A stretch of 43,747 bases of DNA from Nitriliruptoraceae bacterium (GTDB lineage: Bacteria > Actinomycetota > Nitriliruptoria > Nitriliruptorales > Nitriliruptoraceae): contig JBFKQZ010000001.1 in assembly GCA_041627475.1 (NCBI GenBank), positions 1 to 43,747 on the forward strand. The letters run 5' to 3'. The notes below the pieces were generated by a model. That model was not told the DNA's origin. It did not search any database and saw only the letters and a list, made by a program, of their open reading frames with translations. Position numbers and translations under genes: made by a program. Below, in pieces: positions 24,526-33,663 of the stretch. Each line of letters begins with the position of its first letter. Position 1 is the stretch's first letter.

Positions 24526-25319
24526 GCGACGGCTCCGGGGAGGAGGGCGACGGCCGCGAGGGCCGCGAGGTGGACGAGCTGGTTCGTGGCGCCGAGGGTG
24601 TCGCCGGTGATCCCGCCGAGGCGACGGCGGTAGAGGATGGTCGTGAGCACGACCGGCGGGACGGTGGCGAGCAGCGGCACCCAGCCATCGGTGCCGAGGG
24701 CCGCGACGAGCACGGCCGCCGTGGTCAGCGCCCCGACCGCCGAACCGACCGGCCCTGTCGGCTGCGACACCTGCGCGCCGCTGCCGCCGTCGTCGGCGGG
24801 CGGCAGCAGGCGCACCATGACCAGGATGGCCGCGCGGCCGAGGACGTGCCCGACGAGCGTGGCGCGCCAGAACCAGCCCGGGTCGAGCTCTGCGAGCAGC
24901 GCGACCCGGAGCGCCAGCACACCGACCAGCGCGACGGTGCCGTACGTGCCGAGCCGCGAGTCCCGCATGATCCGCAGCCGGTCCGCCACGGTCCAGCCGC
25001 CCCAGAGGCCGTCGGCCACGTCGGCGAGTCCGTCCTCGTGGAAGGCGCCCGTGACCCCGATCTCGACGGCCGTGGCGACGACCACGGCCGCGACCACACC
25101 CCAGAGCGGTTGGACCACCGCGTACGCCGCGATGCCCGCGCCCGCGACCAGGACCCCGACCAGCGGGAACGCCCCGGTCGCTCGGCGCAGGTCGCCGTCG
25201 CGGAACGTCGGCTCCGGGAAGGGGAGCCGCGTGAGGAACCGGGCCGCCACGACGAACAGCCGCAGCGGCTCCCACGCGGTGGTGGCAGCCGTGGCGGGTG
25301 CGTCCGGGTCGGTCGTCAT
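24522..25319 (-). CDS. cobS: adenosylcobinamide-GDP ribazoletransferase (cobalamin synthase)
   Basis: Motifs RFLTRLPFP, AFHEDGLADVADGL, MRDSRLGTYG and GITGDTLGA. Polytopic membrane protein. ATG 25319. Confidence 0.92.
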   Translation of the reverse strand: MTTDPDAPATAATTAWEPLRLFVVAARFLTRLPFPEPTFRDGDLRRATGAFPLVGVLVAGAGIAAYAVVQPLWGVVAAVVVATAVEIGVTGAFHEDGLADVADGLWGGWTVADRLRIMRDSRLGTYGTVALVGVLALRVALLAELDPGWFWRATLVGHVLGRAAILVMVRLLPPADDGGSGAQVSQPTGPVGSAVGALTTAAVLVAALGTDGWVPLLATVPPVVLTTILYRRRLGGITGDTLGATNQLVHLAALAAVALLPGAVA

Positions 25320-25381
25320 CGGCCGTGAGGTTGCCACACCGTCGCGGGCGTAGCCTCGGCGTCCCCGTGCCAGGAGGCGAC

Positions 25382-25894
25382 GTGAGCGTGACGCTGTTCC
25401 TCGGTGGGGCGCGCTCGGGGAAGTCCACGGCGGCCCAGCAGCTCGCGCTGGCCGCCGGCGGCACCCCGGTCTACGTCGCGACCGCGCGTCCCAGCGAGGA
25501 CGAGGAGTTCGCTGCACGGCTGGACCGTCACCGTGCGGACCGCGGAGAAGATTGGCTGACGGTCGAGGAGGACCTCGACCTCGTCAGTGCGTTGCGGACG
25601 CACCGGTCGCCCGCGCACGTCGTCGTCGTGGACTGCCTCACGCTGTGGCTGACGAACCTCCTCCTCGACGACCACGACGTCGACGCAGCGGTCGACGCGT
25701 TGTGCGCCGAGCTCGCACGGCCGGGCGGCGACGTGGCGGTCGTCAGCAACGAGGTCGGGCAGGGCACCGTCCCGATGCATGCGCTCACCCGGGCCTTCCG
25801 CGACCACCAGGGCAGGTGCAACCAGCGGGTCGCGGCCGTCGCCGACCGGGTCCGCCTCCTCGTGGCGGGGATCGAGGTCCCGGTCAAGGGCTGA
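25382..25894 (+). CDS. cobU: bifunctional adenosylcobinamide kinase / adenosylcobinamide-phosphate guanylyltransferase
   Basis: N-terminal P-loop LGGARSGKS. Motifs YVATA, VVDCLTLWLTN and VSNEVGQG. GTG 25382 lies 4 nt after AGGAGG (GTG 25388 is an alternative). Confidence 0.92.
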   Translation: MSVTLFLGGARSGKSTAAQQLALAAGGTPVYVATARPSEDEEFAARLDRHRADRGEDWLTVEEDLDLVSALRTHRSPAHVVVVDCLTLWLTNLLLDDHDVDAAVDALCAELARPGGDVAVVSNEVGQGTVPMHALTRAFRDHQGRCNQRVAAVADRVRLLVAGIEVPVKG

Positions 25895-25897
25895 GCG

Positions 25898-26779
25898 TCA
25901 CCGCGGCAGCAGCGAGCCCCCATCGGGTGTCAGACGGTGCAGGAGCTCCTCGAGGAACGCCTGCGAGGGCCCGTGGGCCGACGGCACCCGGATGTCGGTG
26001 TGGTCGCGGTCGGGCACCAACGGGAAGACGGGGTCGGCCAGCGCGACCGAGGCGCCGCCCGCGGACTCGACGAGGACCGCCGAGGCGGCGACGTCCCAGA
26101 CGCGGGCGCCGGTCGTCGCCGACGCCACGCCGACGCCGTCGGCGACGAGCGCGCCGTCGACGGCGACCGCCCCCATCACCCGGGGGTTGAGCCGGACGTT
26201 CGTGGGCCGCTTGATCCGCCGGAGCAGACCGAGGCTCGCGAAGATCGGCAGGTGCGCCGTCTCGGGGTCGTTGATCCCCACGTCGCTGCGGACGGTCACC
26301 GGTGTCCCGTCGCGGTGGCAGGCCTCGCCGCGCACGGCCACCCAGCGGTGACCGAGGTCAGGGGCGTCGATGATCCCGAGCACGGGGACACCGCCGTGGC
26401 AGAGGGCCAGCGACACGCCCCAGTGGGGGAGGCCGGCGGCGAAGTTCGACGTGCCGTCGACCGGGTCCACGACCCACTGCCACTCCACGTCGTGCGTGCG
26501 GGCGTCCAGCTCCTCCGACACGACGCGGTGGTGGGGAAACGCGACGGCCAGGGCGGCCCGCAGCCGGCGGTCGACCTCGACGTCGACCGGGGTGACCGGG
26601 GTTCCGTCGGCCTTCAGCTCGTGCGAGGTCCGCCCCCCGTGCACCAGGGGGCCGGCGCGCAGGTCGTCCAGCGCGCCGTGCACGACGCGGATCGCCCGCT
26701 CCACCTCACCACGCACGTCGGCGTCGCCGGCGTCGGCGGGCGGCGGCAGCAGGCGTGGGAGCGGGGGTGCAGCAGACAT
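25898..26779 (-). CDS. inositol monophosphatase family protein (IMPase / HisN-like)
   Basis: Motifs VSEE, WVVDPVDGTSNF and WDVAA. ATG 26779. The tracked ORF extends spuriously to 26899. Confidence 0.88.
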   Translation of the reverse strand: MSAAPPLPRLLPPPADAGDADVRGEVERAIRVVHGALDDLRAGPLVHGGRTSHELKADGTPVTPVDVEVDRRLRAALAVAFPHHRVVSEELDARTHDVEWQWVVDPVDGTSNFAAGLPHWGVSLALCHGGVPVLGIIDAPDLGHRWVAVRGEACHRDGTPVTVRSDVGINDPETAHLPIFASLGLLRRIKRPTNVRLNPRVMGAVAVDGALVADGVGVASATTGARVWDVAASAVLVESAGGASVALADPVFPLVPDRDHTDIRVPSAHGPSQAFLEELLHRLTPDGGSLLPR

Positions 26780-26861
26780 CGCTGGGCACGGTACGCGGTG
26801 GGGCCCAGCCCTACGCTGCGCGCACGGACGAGTGGGAGCAGGCGTGGCGGGTCGGACACGG

Positions 26862-27461
26862 ATGACCGGTGCGGAGCGGCGCGAGCAGCTGCTCGGCATC
26901 GCGCGCGAGGTCTTCGCCGAGAAGGGCTACGAGGCCACGTCGATCGAGGAGATCGCCGAACGTGCCGGTGTGACCCGCCCCGTCGTGTACGAGCACTTCG
27001 GCGGCAAGGAGGGCATCCACGCCGTCGTCGTCGACCGCGAGGTCACACGCCTCTCCGAGCTGCTCGCCGAGCCCCTGCGCGAGGCGCGCAGCAACCGCGA
27101 GGCCGCAGAGTGGGCGGCGACCGCGTTCCTCACCTTCGTCGAGGAGGAGTCCGCCGGGTTCCGGATCCTGACGCGCGACGCACCGACCGGTGGTGGCCGG
27201 TCGCTGGCGTCGGTGCTGTCGGACGTCGCCGCCCGGACCGAGGTGCTGCTGGCCCGGGCGTTCGAGGCACGCGACCTGGACCCGGAGATCGCACCGATGT
27301 ACGCGCAGATGCTCGTCGGCGCCGTCGCACAGGTCGGGGAGTGGTGGCTCGAGGTCGGCGAGCCACCTCGTGACGTCGTTGCCGCACACATCATCAACCT
27401 CATGTGGAACGGGATGCGGGCGATGGAGGCCGAACCGCAGCTGCGCCGCCGGCACTCGTAG
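26862..27461 (+). CDS. TetR/AcrR family transcriptional regulator
   Basis: HTH REQLLGIAREVFAEKGYEATSIEEIAERAGVTRPVVYEHFGGKEG. ATG 26862. Divergent from the IMPase gene across an 82-bp gap. Confidence 0.9.
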   Translation: MTGAERREQLLGIAREVFAEKGYEATSIEEIAERAGVTRPVVYEHFGGKEGIHAVVVDREVTRLSELLAEPLREARSNREAAEWAATAFLTFVEEESAGFRILTRDAPTGGGRSLASVLSDVAARTEVLLARAFEARDLDPEIAPMYAQMLVGAVAQVGEWWLEVGEPPRDVVAAHIINLMWNGMRAMEAEPQLRRRHS

Positions 27462-27506
27462 GCTGGTCGGCGCCCACCACCACCTCACCGACCAGCAGGG
27501 GCCCGC

Positions 27507-28310
27507 ATGCGCGTCGCCGTCGTCCAGCACGAGCCGGTCTGGGAGGACGCCGCGGCCACGTGCGACCAGCTGCACAAGGTCGTGGGGAAGGCTGCCCTGG
27601 CCGGGGCCGACCTCGTCGTCCTCCCCGAGATGTTCGCGGTGGGCTTCTCGATGGACACCGAGCGCACCGGCGAACCCGAGGACGGCCCGACCGTCACCTG
27701 GATGCGCGAGAGCGCCGAGGCGTTCGGCGTCTGGCTGCTCGGCACGGTCCCCGAGCGGCGTGACGACGACCCGCGCCCCCGCAACTGCTGCCACGTCGTC
27801 TCGCCCGCCGGCGAGACCGTGGCCCGCTACGACAAGGTGCACCGCTTCACCTACGCCGGCGAGGACGAGCACGTCGCTCCGCAGCAGCTGCCGGCCGACG
27901 GCGAGCTGGTGACCGTCGAGATCGAGGGCGTCCGGGTGACGCCGATCATCTGCTACGACCTGCGCTTCGCCGACCTGACGTGGCAGGCGGCCGAGCGGAC
28001 CGACTGCTTCGTGGTGCCGGCGTCGTGGCCCGCACCTCGACGCGAGCACTGGCGCACGCTGCTCCGGGCACGGGCGATCGAGAACCAGGCCTGGGTCGTG
28101 GCCGCGAACCGCGTCGGGCACGACGACGGGCTCGACTACGCGGGCGACTCCGCCGTGATCGATCCGATGGGGCGGACGGTGGTCGAGGCGGCGCACCGGC
28201 CGACGACGCTCCACGCCGAGGTCGACGCCGCGACCGTGGCCGCGACGCGTGACGCCTACCGCTTCATGGCCGACCGCCGCGGAGGGTCACTCCCGGCGCA
28301 GCTCGGGTAG
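27507..28310 (+). CDS. carbon-nitrogen hydrolase (nitrilase superfamily, omega-amidase-like)
   Basis: Glu-Lys-Cys triad context: LVVLPEM, YDKVHRF, ICYDLRF. 267 aa. Confidence 0.9.
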   Translation: MRVAVVQHEPVWEDAAATCDQLHKVVGKAALAGADLVVLPEMFAVGFSMDTERTGEPEDGPTVTWMRESAEAFGVWLLGTVPERRDDDPRPRNCCHVVSPAGETVARYDKVHRFTYAGEDEHVAPQQLPADGELVTVEIEGVRVTPIICYDLRFADLTWQAAERTDCFVVPASWPAPRREHWRTLLRARAIENQAWVVAANRVGHDDGLDYAGDSAVIDPMGRTVVEAAHRPTTLHAEVDAATVAATRDAYRFMADRRGGSLPAQLG

Positions 28311-29651
28311 CCCCGGGTCGGTGGCGAGCGTGGGATCGCCCACGCCCGAGCCGATCGTGCGGGCGAGCCAGGCCCGCGTCATCGTCGTGACCACCTCGTC
28401 GACGCGGGGGATCGCCACGTCGCCGGCGATGCCGAGCTGGGGCGTGAACGGGCTGAGCCGTGGCTGGACCGTGACGTCGCGGTGCGTCGTGCCCTCGAAG
28501 ACGTAGAGCAGCGCCTCGTCACTCGCCGCGACCATCGGGCGAAGGACCTGGTCGTTGTCGTTGCCGTCCCACGCCTCGCTCAGCAGGACGAGCGTCGGCG
28601 CGGCGAAGCCCGCCTCGCGCACCTCGGCGGGCACCGGTTCGACCCACGGGTCGTACTGGACCATCCCGCCGCACCGTTGCTCGGCACACAGCAGGGCCGC
28701 TGCACCCCCACCCGTCGAGTGTCCGAGCACGACGAGCCGGTCGAGGTCGGCGACCTCGAGGACGTCGGCGGGGACCTGGGCGTCACCGTCACGGAGCGCC
28801 CGGAGGAGGAACGCCGCGTCGTCGGCGAAGACGCGCTCCAGCCGGGCGGCCGCGGCGTCGTACACGGCGGGCGGGACGCCGTCGGGCAGCAGCTGTTCGT
28901 CGAGCGGGATGACGCCGCCGGCGGCCGGTTGCGACGCCAGGGCGCCGAAGGTGTGGTCGAGGGCGAGCACGAGGTGGCCGTCCGCCGCCAGCTGCTCCAG
29001 CAGCGGCACCTGCGCGTAGCGGAAGCCACCCCACCCGTGGATCGAGAGCACCACCGGTAGGCGTGCGTCGGCCGGTGGGGCCCCCATGGTGGCCGACGTC
29101 CGGATCGCGCCGAGGTGGGTCAGCGTGAACGCCGGCAGGTCGAGGAAGGACGCGGCCGCAGCGGCGAACGGCGCGGGCTCGTCGGTCAGTCGTGCCCGGG
29201 GACCCGTGGCGTCCGTGGTGGTCGGGTACCAGGCCTGGACCGGCGTCAGCCGCGGTCCGTCGTCCCGCCCGCTCGGACTGGTCCGGCTGTCGTCGACGAG
29301 GTCGAACGTGACCGAGCCCACCGGCGCGCTCCCGCCGTCGAGCTCGATCGCGGGGACCGGCAGCACCCAGGCCAGTGCCGCGGAGGCGACGACGCCGAGG
29401 ACCGCGAGGCCGCTGGTCAGCCGTGGCAACGTCGTCGGGGCCGCGGGCCAGGCGAGCTGCAGCAGGGCGATCCCACCGAGCAGGGCGAGCGCCAGACCGG
29501 CCGGGACCAGCTGCCAGCGCGGCGTGCCGAGCACGCCGACCAGCACCGCCACGGCGACCGCCCCGAGGACGAGCGCCGGTCGGGGGCGCCGCAGTGACAC
29601 GACGGCGGCGCCGACGACCAGCAGGGCCGCGCCCCACTCGATCGGGGTCAC
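28287..29651 (-). CDS. membrane-anchored alpha/beta hydrolase (lipase / PAF-acetylhydrolase-like)
   Basis: About four N-terminal TM helices. Motifs LPVVLSIHGWGG and GHSTGGG (nucleophile elbow). GTG 29651 overlaps the ppk2 stop (GTGA). The 3' end overlaps the convergent nitrilase-family gene by 24 nt. Confidence 0.75.
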   Translation of the reverse strand: MTPIEWGAALLVVGAAVVSLRRPRPALVLGAVAVAVLVGVLGTPRWQLVPAGLALALLGGIALLQLAWPAAPTTLPRLTSGLAVLGVVASAALAWVLPVPAIELDGGSAPVGSVTFDLVDDSRTSPSGRDDGPRLTPVQAWYPTTTDATGPRARLTDEPAPFAAAAASFLDLPAFTLTHLGAIRTSATMGAPPADARLPVVLSIHGWGGFRYAQVPLLEQLAADGHLVLALDHTFGALASQPAAGGVIPLDEQLLPDGVPPAVYDAAAARLERVFADDAAFLLRALRDGDAQVPADVLEVADLDRLVVLGHSTGGGAAALLCAEQRCGGMVQYDPWVEPVPAEVREAGFAAPTLVLLSEAWDGNDNDQVLRPMVAASDEALLYVFEGTTHRDVTVQPRLSPFTPQLGIAGDVAIPRVDEVVTTMTRAWLARTIGSGVGDPTLATDPGLPELRRE

Positions 29652-30451
29652 TCGATCACCAGGTCGTCGAGCCCCTCCGCCGCGGCCGGGACCTGCGGGT
29701 CCATCTGCTCGAGGGTCTGCACGACGATCTCGGCGACGGCGACGTCGCGGACCCACTTGCGGTCTGCTGGCACGACGTACCACGGCGCGAACGCGGTCGA
29801 GGTGGCGGCGATCGTCTCCTCGTACAGCTCGTGGTAGCGGTCCCAGTCCTGGCGGGTGTCGAGGTCGCCCGGGTCGAACTTCCAGCGCTTGTGCGGCCGG
29901 TCGAGCCGCGCCTGCAGCCGCTCCTTCTGCTCGTCCTTGCTGATGTGCAGCCAGATCTTGACGACGGTCGTGCCCTCCTCGACGAGGAGCCGCTCCCACT
30001 CGACGACGTGCCGCATCCGGCGCTGCGCGTGCTCGGCGTCGATGATGCCCAGGACCTGCGTGGTGACGACGTCCTCGTAGTGCGACCGGTTGAAGATCCC
30101 GATCTCGCCGCGACGAGGGGTGACCCGGTGGAGTCGCCAGAGGTAGTCGCGGTCGAGCTCGTTGCTGCTCGGTGCCTTGAACCCCTCGACGCGGACGCCC
30201 TGGGGGTTGATCCCCGTGGCGAGGCGACGGATCGTCCCGTCCTTGCCGGCGGTGTCCATGCCCTGGAGCACGACCAGCAGGGCCTGGCGGTCCTCGGCCC
30301 ACAGTCGCTCCTGCAGGTCCGCGATCCGGTCGACCAGCTCGTCCTGGCGCTCCTTGCCGGCGTCCTTGTCGGCCAGCCCCAGGTCGTCGCGGGTGTCGCG
30401 GGTGTCGAGCCCGGTGCGCTCGCCCGGGTCGACGCGGAGGTGTTCGATCAC
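29648..30451 (-). CDS. ppk2: polyphosphate kinase 2 (single-domain PPK2)
   Basis: Walker A-like LQGMDTAGKDGTIR. Motifs FNRSHYEDV, KIWLHISKDEQKERL, RWKFDPGDL and APWYVVPADRKW. Confidence 0.93.
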   Translation of the reverse strand: MIEHLRVDPGERTGLDTRDTRDDLGLADKDAGKERQDELVDRIADLQERLWAEDRQALLVVLQGMDTAGKDGTIRRLATGINPQGVRVEGFKAPSSNELDRDYLWRLHRVTPRRGEIGIFNRSHYEDVVTTQVLGIIDAEHAQRRMRHVVEWERLLVEEGTTVVKIWLHISKDEQKERLQARLDRPHKRWKFDPGDLDTRQDWDRYHELYEETIAATSTAFAPWYVVPADRKWVRDVAVAEIVVQTLEQMDPQVPAAAEGLDDLVIE

Positions 30452-30596
30452 GGTGTGCTCCAGGGTCGTCGTCGCGGCCGCACCGTCCGGACGCTAGTGG
30501 GCTCGACGCGCCCGGTCGCCGCTAGCGTCGCCGTCCGCCCACGCCTCGGAGGATCCCGTCCGCGTCGCCCTCGCCACCACCGCAGACCTGCCCGTC

Positions 30597-31433
30597 ATGG
30601 ACCAGGACGAGGCCGTCGTCGCCGCCGCGCTGCACGACCGGGGTGTCCACGTCGACGAGGCCGAGTGGCGTGACGAGCGCGTCGACTGGGCCAGCTACGA
30701 CGCCGTCGTGATCCGCTCGACCTGGGACTACACCCAGGACGTGGACGGCTTCCTCGCCTGGGCCCGCCGGGTCGAGGCCGCCGGGACCCAGCTGCACAAT
30801 TCCGCGGAGGTCGTGCGCTGGAACACGCACAAGGGCTACCTGCTCGAGCTCGAGGAGCGGGGTGCCCCGATCGTCCCGACCGCGTGGCTCGGGCAGGGCG
30901 ACGAGGTCGACCTCGCGGCCCTCGCCGCCGCACGTCGCTGGGACGGCGTCGTGGCCAAGCCGGCCGTCGGGGCCGGCGCCGAGGGTCTGCTGGTCGTGCC
31001 GCCCGGCACCGACCCCGCTGCGCACCAGGCCACGTTCGCCCGGCTGGTTGCGGCCGGCGACGCGATGGTCCAGCCGTTCGTGCCGTCGGTGCGCGACGAG
31101 GGCGAGCTGTCGGTCGTCGTGGTCGACGGCGAGGTCAGCCACGCCGTGCGCAAGCGTCCGACGGGCGGCGACGTGCGCACCCAGATCGAGTTCGGCGCGC
31201 GGTACACGCCCGAGGATCCCGATCCGGACGCCGCGGCGCTCGCGGCGTGGCTGGTCGAGGCGACCGGCCACGACCTGCTGTACGCCCGTGTGGACCTGCT
31301 GGCCGACGACGACGGCACGTGGCTCCTCGGCGAGCTCGAGGCGGTGGAGCCGGCCCTGTTGTTCGCCTGGGCCGAGGGGAGCGCAGATCGCTTCGCGGAC
31401 GCCCTGCTGCGGCGCATCACGACCACGACCTGA
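30597..31433 (+). CDS. ATP-grasp domain protein (RimK / glutathione-synthetase-like); annotated from the first canonical start, true N-terminus may lie upstream
   Basis: Motifs VVIRSTWDY, WNTHKGYLLEL, VAKPAVGAGAEG, VQPF and LLYARVDLL. See the finding on the start codon. Confidence 0.8.
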   Translation: MDQDEAVVAAALHDRGVHVDEAEWRDERVDWASYDAVVIRSTWDYTQDVDGFLAWARRVEAAGTQLHNSAEVVRWNTHKGYLLELEERGAPIVPTAWLGQGDEVDLAALAAARRWDGVVAKPAVGAGAEGLLVVPPGTDPAAHQATFARLVAAGDAMVQPFVPSVRDEGELSVVVVDGEVSHAVRKRPTGGDVRTQIEFGARYTPEDPDPDAAALAAWLVEATGHDLLYARVDLLADDDGTWLLGELEAVEPALLFAWAEGSADRFADALLRRITTTT

Positions 31434-31490
31434 CCTGCGCGGCGACGAACCTTCCGTGCATGCTGTGCACCGACGACCAACGAGGACCTC

Positions 31491-32402
31491 ATGACTGACC
31501 AGCCGATGCGCGTGGCGATCTCCGGCTCGACGGGCCTGATCGGCGGCGCCCTGCGTGACCGCCTGCAGGCCGCCGGTCACGACACCGTGGCGATCGTCCG
31601 GCGCCGTGCGCAGGTCGGTGACGGCGACGTCTACTGGTCGCGTGACGAGGGTGTGGTCGACACCGAGGCACTCGCGCGCGTGGACGCCGTCGTCCACCTC
31701 GCCGGGGAACCGATCGGTGCCAAGCGCTGGACGCCCGAGCAGAAGCGCGAGATCAAGGCCAGCCGGGTCGAGGGCACGGCGCTGCTCGCCGGTGCGATGG
31801 CCGAGCTCGGTGCCGACGGCCCGCAGGTGCTCGTCCAGGGCTCGGCGGTCGGCTACTACGGCTCGCGCGGCGACGAGCGGCTGCCCGAGGACGCCGCGAG
31901 CGGCGACGACTTCCTGGCCGACGTGACGGTCGCGTGGGAGGCAGCTGCTGCGCCGGCGGTGGCCGCCGGCATCCGCGTCGCCTACGCCCGGACCGGCGTC
32001 GTCCTCGCCGAGCACGGCGACCTCATCGAGAAGGTCGAGCTGCCGTTCAAGCTGGGCGTCGGTGGCGTGATCGGCGACGGCTCGCAGTGGGTGCCGTGGA
32101 TCTCGCTGACCGACGAGGTCCGCGCGCTGCACTTCCTGCTGACGCACGACATCAGCGGGCCCGTCAACCTCGTGGCGCCCAACAGCGTCACGAATCGGCA
32201 GCTGACCAAGGCGATCGGCGAGGTCCTCAACCGGCCCACGGTGATCCCGACACCGACCTTCGGGATCCGCCTGCTCTACGGCGAGATGGGCGTGACGCTG
32301 GCGACCGCGTCGCAGCGGGTCGTGCCCGAGGTCCTGACCGAGGCCGGCTTCGAGTGGCAGGAGACCGACGTCCGCACGCCGCTGCGCCAGGCCTTCGCGT
32401 GA
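31491..32402 (+). CDS. TIGR01777-type NAD-dependent epimerase/dehydratase family protein (SDR with DUF1731 C-terminus)
   Basis: Rossmann motif ISGSTGLIGGAL. C-terminal RPTVIPTPTFGIRLLYGEMG...QRVVPEVLTEAGFEWQ. Confidence 0.9.
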   Translation: MTDQPMRVAISGSTGLIGGALRDRLQAAGHDTVAIVRRRAQVGDGDVYWSRDEGVVDTEALARVDAVVHLAGEPIGAKRWTPEQKREIKASRVEGTALLAGAMAELGADGPQVLVQGSAVGYYGSRGDERLPEDAASGDDFLADVTVAWEAAAAPAVAAGIRVAYARTGVVLAEHGDLIEKVELPFKLGVGGVIGDGSQWVPWISLTDEVRALHFLLTHDISGPVNLVAPNSVTNRQLTKAIGEVLNRPTVIPTPTFGIRLLYGEMGVTLATASQRVVPEVLTEAGFEWQETDVRTPLRQAFA

Positions 32403-33634
32403 CCGTCGCGGTCGTCGGGGCGGGGCTCGCCGGACTGGCGTGTGCCCGTCGCCTGCAGGCGGCCGGACGGGACGTCGTCGTGCTCGAGGCGAGCGACGGC
32501 GTGGGGGGTCGGGTCCGCACCGACCGCCACGGCGGCTTCCTCCTCGACCGCGGCTTCCAGGTCCTGCTGACCGGCTATCCGGCGGCGCAGGCCCAGCTCG
32601 ACCTCGAGGCGCTCCAGCTCCAGCCGTTCCGCCCGGGCGTCGTCATCCAGCTCGACGACGGCCCCACACGGCTCGCGGATCCCCTGCGTGACGTCGGTGC
32701 GGTCGCCGGCGGCCTCACCTCCCCGGCGCTCACGGTCGCCGACGGCGTGCGCCTGCTGGCGCTGCGTGCCTCGGTCCAGCTCCCCGCCGGCCAGCGGGTC
32801 GCGCACCGGCCCCAGACGACGACGCTGGCGCGGCTGCGGCGCCGCGGCTTCTCCGAGCGCGTGCTCACCCGCTTCTTCCAGCCGTTCCTCGCCGGGGTGT
32901 TCTTCGACGAGGGGCTGTCGACGTCGTCGCGGATGCTCGAGCTCGTCTTCCGGTCGTTCTTCGCCGGGGACGTCGCCGTGCCCGCCGCCGGGATGGGCGC
33001 CATGACGCAGCAGCTGGCGGACCGGCTCGCACCCGACACCGTGCGGCTGGACACGCCGGTCCGGGCCGTGGAGCCGGGCCGGGTCGTCCTCGACGACGAG
33101 GTCGTCGAGGCGGAGCACGTCGTGGTGGCCACCGACGGCCCGGCAGCACAGCAGCTGCTGGGGGAGGAGCGCCTCGCGATCCCGCCGGGGCGCGGCACCG
33201 CGACGTTGTGGTGGTCGGCACCGGCGTCGCCGGTCGGCGCCGCCGACCTCGTCCTCGACGGCGAGGGGCGGGGGCCGGTCAACAACCTCGCGGTCATGAG
33301 CGACGTCGCGCCGACCTACGCACCGCGGGGGCGCCACCTGGTCTGCGGCTCGGTGGTCGGCGTGCCCGAGGAGGGCGACGCCGAGCTCGACCGGCTGGCA
33401 CGGCAGCAGCTGCGCGGGTGGTACGGCACCCAGGTCGACGCGTGGGAGTTGCTGCGCGTCGACAGGATCGCGTGGGCGCAGCCGCGGCAGGACCCCAGCG
33501 ACCTGCCGAGCCTCGCTCGGTCCGTCGTGGTCGACGAGGGGCTGTGGGTCTGCGGTGACCACCGCGACACGGCTTCGATCCAGGGCGCCCTGGTGAGCGG
33601 CCGTCGCACGGCGACGGCCATCCTGTCGGCCTGA
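32399..33634 (+). CDS. NAD(P)/FAD-dependent oxidoreductase (amine-oxidase / desaturase-like)
   Basis: GTG 32399 overlaps the upstream stop (GTGA). Dinucleotide motif VAVVGAGLAGLACARRL...VVVLEASDGVGGR. C-terminal GDHRDTASIQGALVSG. Confidence 0.88.
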   Translation: MTVAVVGAGLAGLACARRLQAAGRDVVVLEASDGVGGRVRTDRHGGFLLDRGFQVLLTGYPAAQAQLDLEALQLQPFRPGVVIQLDDGPTRLADPLRDVGAVAGGLTSPALTVADGVRLLALRASVQLPAGQRVAHRPQTTTLARLRRRGFSERVLTRFFQPFLAGVFFDEGLSTSSRMLELVFRSFFAGDVAVPAAGMGAMTQQLADRLAPDTVRLDTPVRAVEPGRVVLDDEVVEAEHVVVATDGPAAQQLLGEERLAIPPGRGTATLWWSAPASPVGAADLVLDGEGRGPVNNLAVMSDVAPTYAPRGRHLVCGSVVGVPEEGDAELDRLARQQLRGWYGTQVDAWELLRVDRIAWAQPRQDPSDLPSLARSVVVDEGLWVCGDHRDTASIQGALVSGRRTATAILSA

Positions 33635-33663
33635 CTCGCGCCGGAACTGGTCCCGGCGGGTCA

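Noticed and set aside
25320-25381. Cobalamin riboswitch between cobS and cobU
   Set aside because: The spacer is only 62 bp and lacks a B12-box-like core. It is too short for the roughly 200-nt element.
23926-25464. 512-aa ORF spanning the cobC and cobS region as one protein
   Set aside because: Only the last 199 residues (from MTHNLLLVRHGE) are protein-like. Upstream, the frame is antisense or off-frame junk. cobS occupies 24522..25319 in another frame with clear motifs.
26780-26861. TetR operator in the IMPase/TetR divergent spacer (CTGGGC...GCCCAG dyad)
   Set aside because: It is only a 6-bp GC-rich dyad with a 14-nt gap. In DNA this GC-rich, such a match is expected by chance, so there is not enough evidence to call it.
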